Shown here piece after piece: positions 17,211 through 24,432 of a stretch of DNA of 43,273 nucleotides. A model generated the notes under the pieces. The model had not been told where the DNA came from. It worked only from the letters and a program-made list of their open reading frames with translations, and did not search any database. The DNA is from a virus. Taxonomy: Duplodnaviria; Caudoviricetes. Position 1 is the stretch's first letter, and each line of letters starts with the position of its first letter. The translations under genes were made by a program, and so were the position numbers. Where the stretch lies: the IMG/VR virus record IMGVR_UViG_3300033475_000060, positions 1 to 43,273 of that record; one strand, 5' to 3'.

Positions 17211-18016
17211 CATTTGCCGGGGCCGCTCTGTCCTATATCCGCGCTGGACACAGCAAGCGCTTCCTCGAGCCACTGTCGAACCACTTCACCTTGACGCCGA
17301 TTGCCTCGATCAAGCAGGCGGACATCGACGAAGCGGCGCACAAGCTATATCCGGACGCGACGGCAGCGACCCGCAATCGACAGGTCTACACGCCGGTCTC
17401 GGCGATCATGAAGCATGCTGGGGAGGATTACGAGCTGCGGCGCCCGAAAGGCGCGGAGGGCGAAGTAAGGACCAACTGGCTGCGTAAGGAGCAAGCCGAA
17501 GCGCTGATCAACGCCGCTCACGATGTGGACGAGGAATTTGGGGTGTTCCTGTCCCTGCTGCTCTACACCGGCCTACGCCTCAGTGAGGCGCTGTGGCTCA
17601 AGTGCAGCAACGTCGACCTGAGCGAGAACTTCGCCTATATCCCCGACCCGACGAAGAACGGGGATCCCCGGCCGCTGCATTTGCCGCCGGCCCTAGTGGC
17701 CGAATTGGCGTCACACCCTCGTGGTCTCGACCGTCCGGATGAGACAGTCTGCCGATTCCGCAAGAACGGCTACCTCTACAACCTGATGAAGGTTTCGCGC
17801 ACCAAGGCGGGGCTCGGGAAGGACGTCACCTTCCACACCATGCGTCACACATGGGCGACGTGGATGCGCCGGTACGCCAATCTCGACACGAAGGGGCTGG
17901 TCGGCACCGGGGCATGGAAGGACGAAAAGTCGGCCGCCAGGTATCAGCACATCGTCGTCAGCGAGGAAGCGAAGCGGGCCGACATGCTGCCGGTGATGAA
18001 TCGGAAAACGAAGTGA
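17027..18016 (+). CDS. int: Tyrosine integrase
   Basis: YTGLRLSE, TKNG, FHTMRHTWAT, GAW, ARY catalytic residues. Confidence 0.95.
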   Translation: MPLELKSPRAGKSPNYSIRGTYYGVRVDRTTGTPDKAKARKYLQRIKADIESGAYTPPGAVTFAGAALSYIRAGHSKRFLEPLSNHFTLTPIASIKQADIDEAAHKLYPDATAATRNRQVYTPVSAIMKHAGEDYELRRPKGAEGEVRTNWLRKEQAEALINAAHDVDEEFGVFLSLLLYTGLRLSEALWLKCSNVDLSENFAYIPDPTKNGDPRPLHLPPALVAELASHPRGLDRPDETVCRFRKNGYLYNLMKVSRTKAGLGKDVTFHTMRHTWATWMRRYANLDTKGLVGTGAWKDEKSAARYQHIVVSEEAKRADMLPVMNRKTK

Positions 18017-18021
18017 GAACA

Positions 18022-18239
18022 TCTTCCACAAGTTTTCCGCACTTTCCACGCGTGCGTTCCCGTCGCGTTCTGCCGATTGATGCCGAATAAGCGCAGGCAG
18101 AAATTGCGCGAAACGCCCGTATTTGCTAGGAAAAGAATGGTGCTGCAAGAGAGGATTGAACTCTCGACCTCTCCCTTACCAAGGGGGTACGGCGCCTTGA
18201 ATTCACATAGAAAGGCGCTGTTTCCACGCGTCTTCCACA
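18022..18239. repeat. Putative integrase arm-type sites flanking the attP core
   Basis: TCTTCCACA 18022 and 18231, TTTTCCGCA 18033, TTTCCACGCGT 18043 and 18221, all in the same orientation. Confidence 0.65.
18138..18185 (-). mobile_element. attP core = 3' half of tRNA-Thr(GGT)
   Basis: Minus strand CCCTTGGTAAGGGAGAGGTCGAGAGTTCAATCCTCTCTTGCAGCACCA: anticodon loop GGT, T arm, CCA; no D arm or 5' acceptor strand. Confidence 0.9.
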
Positions 18240-18257
18240 CGTTGGCGAGGTTGAGCG

Positions 18258-18818
18258 ATGAAATTCCGCATGGGTCACGACCAAAACCAACCGACCGCGC
18301 TCTACGTCCTTGAGTGCGCCGGCAAGGTGAAGATCGGCATTGCCGCCGACGTGAGCGAACGCGTCGCGCACTTGCAGATGGCGTGTCCGGTGAAGATCAC
18401 CGTAGCGCACGAGCGTCGCTTCCCGACGCGCACTCAGGCGCGATTAGCGGAGCGGTCGCTTCACCTCAAGCATGCCGAAGCGCGGCTATGGGGCGAATGG
18501 TTTGAGATGGACGTGACCGCGGCTGTTGCGGCGGTGATCGCCGTTGAGGAACAGGCGGAGCCCGTACGCATCCCCTCACCGCCTCGAGCCGTTGCCGCTC
18601 GGCCGCAGCCAACTCCACGCGCAAGAACAGTGGTGAGCGTGCAGACTGGCTATGCACCAACATGGGATGACTTCGAAGCGATGAGCGACGAGGTGTGGCT
18701 GGAGCATATGAGGCCGGCCGCCATCGCCCTGGAATGGACAAGTGATCCCGACGACCGGCAGCGCCGCATCAACGAGGCTCAGGCAGCGCTGGCTGCGAAG
18801 TATGGGCGCGCAGCCTAA
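18258..18818 (+). CDS. Second T5orf172/GIY-YIG domain protein
   Basis: LYVL..KVKIGIA..ERVAHLQ..ERSLH..GEWF. Confidence 0.85.
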   Translation: MKFRMGHDQNQPTALYVLECAGKVKIGIAADVSERVAHLQMACPVKITVAHERRFPTRTQARLAERSLHLKHAEARLWGEWFEMDVTAAVAAVIAVEEQAEPVRIPSPPRAVAARPQPTPRARTVVSVQTGYAPTWDDFEAMSDEVWLEHMRPAAIALEWTSDPDDRQRRINEAQAALAAKYGRAA

Positions 18819-18848
18819 CCCCCTTTGGACATACAGGAGAGATGGTGA

Positions 18849-19088
18849 ATGACGGGACTGCCGACTGAAGAGGAAATCGAACTGACGCTTGCGCTGTACA
18901 ACGCGGACCACGACGATCCTAGCGATCACGTGCTTCGCGAGCATTGGGATAGCTGGTGGGACCACACGATGCCCCGCGCGATCATGGCGCGGTATTTGCG
19001 CATAGCGCGGGCTGCGGTGCTGCACATCGACCTGACGTTACGTGCCGCTGCCACCAAGACGGTCCCGCTGTCACTCGACAAGTGGTGA
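18849..19088 (+). CDS. Hypothetical protein
   Basis: AGGAGAG RBS. Confidence 0.6.
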   Translation: MTGLPTEEEIELTLALYNADHDDPSDHVLREHWDSWWDHTMPRAIMARYLRIARAAVLHIDLTLRAAATKTVPLSLDKW

Positions 19089-19145
19089 TCCCCGTAATTG
19101 AGTCCCTCGTCTTGAAATGATAGCGTGAACGAAAGGGGAATGGGA

Positions 19146-19379
19146 ATGAGCAAAAGCGAATTGGTGATGACGTCAAAAACCGATGGGGACCATACCGTCT
19201 ATCGCGTGAGCCAGTTCTTCGGCCCGTCGCAGTGGATGGTCGACCTCATGGCGAACCTGGAGCGCGCCGGCCATCGCGTGGAGCAACAGGACATCCCAGG
19301 CTTGTGGCGCATCGACGGCGGGCCTGAGTTGACGACCAACCAGCTTATCCAGGTCGGCCAAGAATTGCTGCGCGCCTAA
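19146..19379 (+). CDS. Hypothetical protein (PGLWRIDGGPELTTNQL)
   Basis: AAAGGGG/GGGA RBS before ATG. Confidence 0.65.
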   Translation: MSKSELVMTSKTDGDHTVYRVSQFFGPSQWMVDLMANLERAGHRVEQQDIPGLWRIDGGPELTTNQLIQVGQELLRA

Positions 19380-19400
19380 CCCCTCAATAGGGAGAGAGAC

Positions 19401-19637
19401 ATGAGCCGAGCAGCGTTTCAGCGAATTGAGGAAGGTCTTCGGGAGGCTCTTGCTGTAGCTCGTGGAGAGGCAGAAGCCTACCGCACCTACTATATGCAGC
19501 AGCCGGTTCTCCCTGCCCCGGAATACGTCGACCCCGAAAAGGCGGCGAAGAAGGCCAAGATGGACGCGAAGGTAGACGCCGCAATCGCGGCTGGCTTGCT
19601 GTATGGCCGCCGCCCTACCTCACCCGACAAGCCCTGA
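19401..19637 (+). CDS. Small protein with HigA2-like N-terminal helix and no HTH
   Basis: MSRAAFQRIEEGLREALAVARGE; GGGAG RBS. Confidence 0.6.
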   Translation: MSRAAFQRIEEGLREALAVARGEAEAYRTYYMQQPVLPAPEYVDPEKAAKKAKMDAKVDAAIAAGLLYGRRPTSPDKP

Positions 19638-19650
19638 CCCAGAGAGAGAC

Positions 19651-19824
19651 ATGAGCGAGAGGGAGTTCTGGCATTTTGTCTGGCTTGCCGGGGTCCGGCT
19701 GCCTTTTGTCGGTATGCAGCCACTGATGGCCGCCCGCTGGGCTTTATGGGCCTGCATCGTGTTTGTCGTCGCACGCTATCTCGGAATCAGCCTGCCTCGG
19801 CTTATCTCACCCGACACGCCCTAG
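19651..19824 (+). CDS. Small membrane protein
   Basis: ATG 19651; hydrophobic WALWACIVFVVARYLGI. Confidence 0.55.
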   Translation: MSEREFWHFVWLAGVRLPFVGMQPLMAARWALWACIVFVVARYLGISLPRLISPDTP

Positions 19825-19863
19825 CCCTCCCCTTCCCCACGGACAGCAGGATAGCGGATAGCA

Positions 19864-20331
19864 TCACGGCGCTTTCGATTGATCCAGGCGCAATTGCTCG
19901 AGCCGAGCGAGCCGGTCGCCCAAGTTCTTGATCTGATCGCCTAGCGAATAGGTCCCGCCAAACGTGGCCCGCAGCTCGTCGATCTGCCGCTGCAAGTTCG
20001 CGTCTGCTGTGACCTGAGCATCCCAGTGTCCAATATGTTCTCCGCGTGGGACAACGCTATCCTGCAGCTTCACGAAGTCAGCATGGAAGCGGTCGAAGTT
20101 GTCGGTCATCCCACTTAGATAGCTGTTGAAGCCCCAGATCACGATGGCGCCGAACATACCAACGATAACGAGAAGGACGGACACGCCGCCCCATATCGCA
20201 GCCCATGGGAAACGCTGACGCTCGCGGAACTCTTTCCCCAGCGCATCGATCGAACTGGAGATGTGGGAGATGGCCCGCTCGACGCCGGTAACCCGTTCCT
20301 CGAGCGCTCCTAGATTGCCGCTGTCCGCCAC
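19864..20331 (-). CDS. Coiled-coil/TM protein at end of lysis cassette
   Basis: N-terminal coiled coil, one TM, C-terminal coiled coil. Confidence 0.7.
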   Translation of the reverse strand: MADSGNLGALEERVTGVERAISHISSSIDALGKEFRERQRFPWAAIWGGVSVLLVIVGMFGAIVIWGFNSYLSGMTDNFDRFHADFVKLQDSVVPRGEHIGHWDAQVTADANLQRQIDELRATFGGTYSLGDQIKNLGDRLARLEQLRLDQSKAP

Positions 20332-20616
20332 TTACTTCGGCCCCTTGTACGCTCCGATGAGGCGCACGGCCGCGCCCCACACCCACCATGAGGCGAGGGA
20401 CACGATTGCCGAGCTTGCCACCCACATCTGCCAGGTTTCCGGCCAGTTGAGGTACTGCTGCCGAACGGGATCTCCGAACAGCACCCCGCACAGGAAGGCG
20501 AACACCGACCGGATGATGAAGTCTCGGGTATTCAGTGGAGGTTGGAAAACGAGCGCCAGGACGGCCCCGCCGAAGGAGCCAAGCGCCTTAACGGCTAGGG
20601 TCGTCAGTTCGTCCAT
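20332..20616 (-). CDS. Three-TM holin-like protein (DUF6107-like)
   Basis: MDELTTLAVKALGSFGGAVLALVF..; TGATG coupling; lysis cassette. Confidence 0.6.
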   Translation of the reverse strand: MDELTTLAVKALGSFGGAVLALVFQPPLNTRDFIIRSVFAFLCGVLFGDPVRQQYLNWPETWQMWVASSAIVSLASWWVWGAAVRLIGAYKGPK

Positions 20617-21122
20617 CAGTGCCCTGCCTTGGTGAAGGCAGGCGCTTTTCTGTCTCGGTATAGAGGAGACAAAGCCCGACGAAGACGACGCAGAGAGCCA
20701 CCAGCGGAAGGAAATGCATCGGTCGCTCCAATCGCCTGGATAGCGCCGTTGCCACCGATCCATAGCAGGGCGGCCCAGTTAATGGCTTCAAGTATAATCG
20801 AGTAGGCGTTATGCGAGAGTGACGGCCATGCCTGAAGTTCACCGCCGAGATAGACAATGTTTACCAGTACCGAGAACTGAAACAGCCGCCAGACCCACAT
20901 CTCCCACCGGAACTTGGCGAGAAAGTAGACCGTCAGGCAGATGGCGGCATCGCACAGACCCCCGATAAATGCAGCGTAGGGCAGTCCAGAGCGCCAGTAG
21001 ACCACGGAGACGACATAGGACGCCGCCGCGGCTAGGAGCCACTTCCACGCCCGCAGGTTGCCCACGGACACTGCAAGCGCCAGCATGAGGCCGATGAGCA
21101 GCGATACATCGACGCCCGTCAT
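20616..21122 (-). CDS. Five-TM membrane protein with basic tail
   Basis: About five hydrophobic segments with intramembrane D/E/N; TGATG-coupled to upstream gene. Confidence 0.75.
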   Translation of the reverse strand: MTGVDVSLLIGLMLALAVSVGNLRAWKWLLAAAASYVVSVVYWRSGLPYAAFIGGLCDAAICLTVYFLAKFRWEMWVWRLFQFSVLVNIVYLGGELQAWPSLSHNAYSIILEAINWAALLWIGGNGAIQAIGATDAFPSAGGSLRRLRRALSPLYRDRKAPAFTKAGH

Positions 21123-21451
21123 CAGCGACCACCACCTGACATCGGGGCAATGAGATCGAAGCCGCGCTCCTGTGCAATCGCGGTGTCGGCCTGGTGGTTC
21201 TGGAATACGGTGAGCTCGACATTGGCGACATCGCCGGCCGCAGCGTTGGCCGCAGCAGCCCGCACCGATGATTGCAGATATCCGACATCGCCGTTTGCAT
21301 GGATGTTGGCGTAGAGCGCCGGGATCTTCGCGAGTTCCTTGCGGGCGATGGCGAGGTGCTTTTCCGCCTTGGCGTAGGCATCTTGCGCCTTAATGACGGC
21401 TTCCTCGGTTGTCATGCGGTGGTCCTTTCTGGTGATGGTGATTTCGTTCAT
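21122..21451 (-). CDS. Helical protein ending in PMSGGGR
   Basis: AGGAGGG RBS; second in-frame start at 21415 with AAAGGA. Confidence 0.75.
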   Translation of the reverse strand: MNEITITRKDHRMTTEEAVIKAQDAYAKAEKHLAIARKELAKIPALYANIHANGDVGYLQSSVRAAAANAAAGDVANVELTVFQNHQADTAIAQERGFDLIAPMSGGGR

Positions 21452-21490
21452 TTGATCCCTCCTGTTGAACGGAGGGAGGTTATTGCGGAT

Positions 21491-21673
21491 TCAGCTGACT
21501 GAAACCCCGAACAGAGGCAGAACGAGCGACAGTGCCCATAGGATGCCGATGGCAAGGACGCCCCACCAGATCCAGCTTCTAAACGGTTCGATCAGCGGGG
21601 AAATCTTGACGACGTAGGCGATGATGCCGGTAGCCAGCGCAATGCCGACAATCGGGATGAGGACGGAGAACAT
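21491..21673 (-). CDS. Small two-TM protein
   Basis: GAAAGGA RBS; almost wholly hydrophobic. Confidence 0.7.
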   Translation of the reverse strand: MFSVLIPIVGIALATGIIAYVVKISPLIEPFRSWIWWGVLAIGILWALSLVLPLFGVSVS

Positions 21674-21708
21674 GGTGATGTTCCTTTCAGGAACGGTGGC
21701 AGTCGGGA

Positions 21709-22071
21709 CTAATCCCCGGTGACGCGCTTGAACCAGTCGGACACGGTTTCGCGTGGCTTGCGGGTGACGGGCGCCTTACTTGCCTTTGGCTTCCTTACCG
21801 GAGGGGCGGCGTCCTTACCGTCGACATGCTCAACAGGGTCAGCCGGCTTCACGGAATGGCGTCCGAAGATGAACCCGACGCCACCCGCAAACGCGACTAC
21901 ACCCGGCCATCCCGCGAAGCGATAGGCCATACCGAGCCCCCCGATGACGACAATCCACGGCCACCACGGAAGGATGAGCCAGAACCAGTCCGGCAGCCAG
22001 CCGAACAGCACCGAGTTGATGCAGGCGCCGACGTCGAACTTGGAAAAGGCGCTGAAATCGCAGGCGTTCAT
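21709..22071 (-). CDS. Trp-rich membrane protein
   Basis: WLPDWFWLILPWWPWIVV..; ATGA-coupled. Confidence 0.7.
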   Translation of the reverse strand: MNACDFSAFSKFDVGACINSVLFGWLPDWFWLILPWWPWIVVIGGLGMAYRFAGWPGVVAFAGGVGFIFGRHSVKPADPVEHVDGKDAAPPVRKPKASKAPVTRKPRETVSDWFKRVTGD

Positions 22072-22319
22072 TTGGGTTGCTCCACCTCTACAGCGGTCTC
22101 AACCACGTTCTGGACCACCACGGTTGTAGCTTCGTCCTTCACCACATAGCCGGCAGCCCATGCCGCAACGGGGTACATGGCGCCCCAGAACGATGCGCTG
22201 AAAATGCCTGGATAGATGATGTCGAGAAGGGCCTGACCGATGGCGACAACCGCGGCAGCGATAATGGCGGCAGTGAGCTTGTTCGTCGGATTCGGGGTGG
22301 GCTGGTTGACGGTCGCCAT
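22068..22319 (-). CDS. Putative two-TM holin
   Basis: 83 aa, two TMs, directly after endolysin. Confidence 0.6.
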   Translation of the reverse strand: MATVNQPTPNPTNKLTAAIIAAAVVAIGQALLDIIYPGIFSASFWGAMYPVAAWAAGYVVKDEATTVVVQNVVETAVEVEQPK

Positions 22320-22934
22320 TTAGTTCACTCCAAAGAGCTTGAGGAGGCCCGCCCCGAGGGCAAGCAGGATTGCGAGGATGGCGCCCCAGAAGCGACCATT
22401 GCCGCGCGGGGCCTGCGTCTGGACAGTGGGCGGACCAACGGGCTGAGTGACGATGATCGGAGGCGATGCACCTGCGGTCGCCTGTACGGGCCTCGAGAAC
22501 AGATCAGCTTCGGCCGCGCGGCGCCTGGTGAGGCCCTTGAGCACCTTTCCCTTCGCCTTGTTCCAGCGAGCAAACTCCGTCGCAGCGTCGACGAACATGC
22601 CGGCGTTGACCTTCTTGAGCAGGGTGGACTTGGTGAAGTTGCCTTCGCCCACATTGAAGGTGAACGACACCAGTGCACCGATCTGGTTCTCGTTGATCGC
22701 GACACGAACGGCGTTCCGCACAACCGCCTCTACGTCGCGGAGGTCCTTGGCGAGGATTTCGCGGCCCTCGGCTTTGGAGAACACCTTGTCCTTGGAGGTA
22801 GCGTAGAATGGCGTCCCCGCTGCGTCGGTATGGCCGTAACACACGGTCCAGATACCCACGGGATCTTGATACCAATGATCTACGAACCCCTCGAACTCGG
22901 TAATGAGATCGATGGCCGCTGCGTTGACCGTCAT
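22320..22934 (-). CDS. Endolysin, GH24 lysozyme with C-terminal TM segment
   Basis: EG..YQD..WTVCYGHT triad, ALVSFTFNVG, STLLKKVN, GLTRRRAAEADLF. Confidence 0.95.
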   Translation of the reverse strand: MTVNAAAIDLITEFEGFVDHWYQDPVGIWTVCYGHTDAAGTPFYATSKDKVFSKAEGREILAKDLRDVEAVVRNAVRVAINENQIGALVSFTFNVGEGNFTKSTLLKKVNAGMFVDAATEFARWNKAKGKVLKGLTRRRAAEADLFSRPVQATAGASPPIIVTQPVGPPTVQTQAPRGNGRFWGAILAILLALGAGLLKLFGVN

Positions 22935-22988
22935 GGAAGTCTCCAGAATGTGGGGATGCGCACTAGCGCCAGATGATGTCGTGGCAAC

Positions 22989-23014
22989 AAAAAACCCCGG
23001 CTGGCGGCCGGGGT
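22989..23014 (-). terminator. Intrinsic terminator after the secreted-peptide gene
   Basis: Minus strand ACCCCGGC-CGCCA-GCCGGGGT-TTTTTG. Confidence 0.8.
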
Positions 23015-23052
23015 CGGGTTTCGCTGCAAAGAGATGGTCCGCGGTCCTGGTT

Positions 23053-23280
23053 TCAGCAGTAATGCGTGTCGCCAGGGTTGGCGAACGGATCGCAGAACTT
23101 GCTGCCGGTCGCCGTCAGCGACTTGTTCGACGCGACCTGCTCGCAGTATCCGCCCGGCCGCGAGTACTCAGCAGGAGCGCCGGCGCGACAGAGCTTGCTG
23201 ATGGAATTGTCGACAGCGAACGCGGCGGGAGACAACCCAACCGTGCCGACGACAAACAGGGTGGAAAGAAGAAGCTTCAT
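23053..23280 (-). CDS. Secreted 75-aa Cys-rich peptide
   Basis: GGGAG RBS; Sec-type signal MKLLLSTLFVVGTVGLSPAAFA; mature 53 aa with 4 Cys. Confidence 0.8.
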   Translation of the reverse strand: MKLLLSTLFVVGTVGLSPAAFAVDNSISKLCRAGAPAEYSRPGGYCEQVASNKSLTATGSKFCDPFANPGDTHYC

Positions 23281-23297
23281 GGTGTATTTCTCCCATG

Positions 23298-23351
23298 GCA
23301 TCAATTGCCGCATCATCACTAGCATACCTTCTGGCATCACGTCCAGTATCA
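23298..23351. repeat. Five GCATCA-like hexamers at exact 12-bp period
   Basis: GCATCA 23298, GCATCA 23310, GCATAC 23322, GCATCA 23334, GTATCA 23346. Confidence 0.7.
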
Positions 23352-23362
23352 TTCGGGGAACC

Positions 23363-23581
23363 ATGGATCAGGCTTTGAAGGTGCGGGAGAACAGGGCCAG
23401 ACGCGCGGCCATCAGGCAGGGATTCGAGCTTCAGAAGTCCCCGAGGCGCGACAAGAACGCGCTCGACTACGGGAGATACATGCTTTTCGATGCGGCAAGC
23501 GAGGCGCCCGTTTTTGGCCACGACCCACGGCCGTTCTCCGCTACGCTGGAGGAGATCGAGACGCGACTGCGGATAGTCTAG
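23363..23581 (+). CDS. 72-aa basic protein (KVRENRARRAAIRQG..DYGRYML..TLEEIE)
   Basis: GGGGA RBS; TAGTG coupling to the sulfotransferase. Confidence 0.75.
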   Translation: MDQALKVRENRARRAAIRQGFELQKSPRRDKNALDYGRYMLFDAASEAPVFGHDPRPFSATLEEIETRLRIV

Positions 23582-24432
23582 TGCGGCGCATCCGCTTCAT
23601 CGCCTCTTACCCGCGTTCCGGAAATACCTGGGTGAGAACGTTCGTGTTCGCCTTGCTTCGCGAAACAGGAACCATCCCAGGGGACACGCCATATCGCGAA
23701 CTTGGCAACTATACGCCGTGGGATACGTCGCGGGCTATATTCAGGCGGGCGACCGGCTTACTCGCAGACGGGATCCCCCCGGCTCGAGCGCTCAGCTTAA
23801 GACCTGCCGTTCACCAGTGGATCGCAATGAACTGGCCGTCGCCCCCTATTGTAAAGACCCACTCGATGGTCGGGCTCTTCGATGGCGATCCCTTGTTTGA
23901 TTTCTCCATCGCTGACAGATCGATATACCTCGTTCGGAACCCGCTCGATGTTATTCCCTCTATGGCGAGGCTGCTGCACATCACTACCGAGCGCGCCGTC
24001 GCACTTGCCGCTCAGCCTGGATATCTCCGCCCATCCGTTCAAAGGTCCGCCCCGGAGCTGTGGGGGTCATGGAGTGAAAACGTCCGCAGTTGGGTCGATC
24101 TGCCCGGCGTTTTAGTGATCCGGTACGAAGACCTGCTCGCATCCCCCTTGTCCGTCTTTTCGATGATCACAGGGTCAATGGGGTTTGCGGCAAGCCCAGG
24201 TCAGATAGAAGCCGCGGTGAAAGAGGCCGATCTGCCCAACATGCGGCATCTGGCGCAGAGCGGGTCCATCACCGTAACGGGCGTTCGCGATGGGCCACCG
24301 ATAGGATCGGGGTTGGGAGTGCCGCCACAGCGTAAGCTTGCACCAAACCAGATCGAGAGAATTTGCATCGACCACAGCGAGATGATGGCTCGCTTTGGCT
24401 ACCTTCCAGCAGGCGGGCCTACCTATTCATAA
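23581..24432 (+). CDS. PAPS-dependent sulfotransferase (Sulfotransfer_1 family)
   Basis: 5'-PSB ASYPRSGNTW, VKTH, 3'-PB IYLVRNPLDVIPS, RYEDL. Confidence 0.92.
   Translation: MRRIRFIASYPRSGNTWVRTFVFALLRETGTIPGDTPYRELGNYTPWDTSRAIFRRATGLLADGIPPARALSLRPAVHQWIAMNWPSPPIVKTHSMVGLFDGDPLFDFSIADRSIYLVRNPLDVIPSMARLLHITTERAVALAAQPGYLRPSVQRSAPELWGSWSENVRSWVDLPGVLVIRYEDLLASPLSVFSMITGSMGFAASPGQIEAAVKEADLPNMRHLAQSGSITVTGVRDGPPIGSGLGVPPQRKLAPNQIERICIDHSEMMARFGYLPAGGPTYS

Noticed and set aside
18138-18185. Functional tRNA-Thr gene
   Set aside because: Only the 3' half is present; no D arm or 5' acceptor strand
18813-19400. Integron attC sites (GCCTAAC at stop codons)
   Set aside because: No matching GTTRRRY end or long imperfect palindrome, and the integrase is phage-type
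21680-21694. Second LexA box (GTTC-N7-GAAC)
   Set aside because: Inverted rather than direct arrangement and largely explained by the RBS of 21491..21673
23298-23351. Mini-CRISPR array
   Set aside because: 6-bp repeats with 6-bp spacers are far too short; no cas genes
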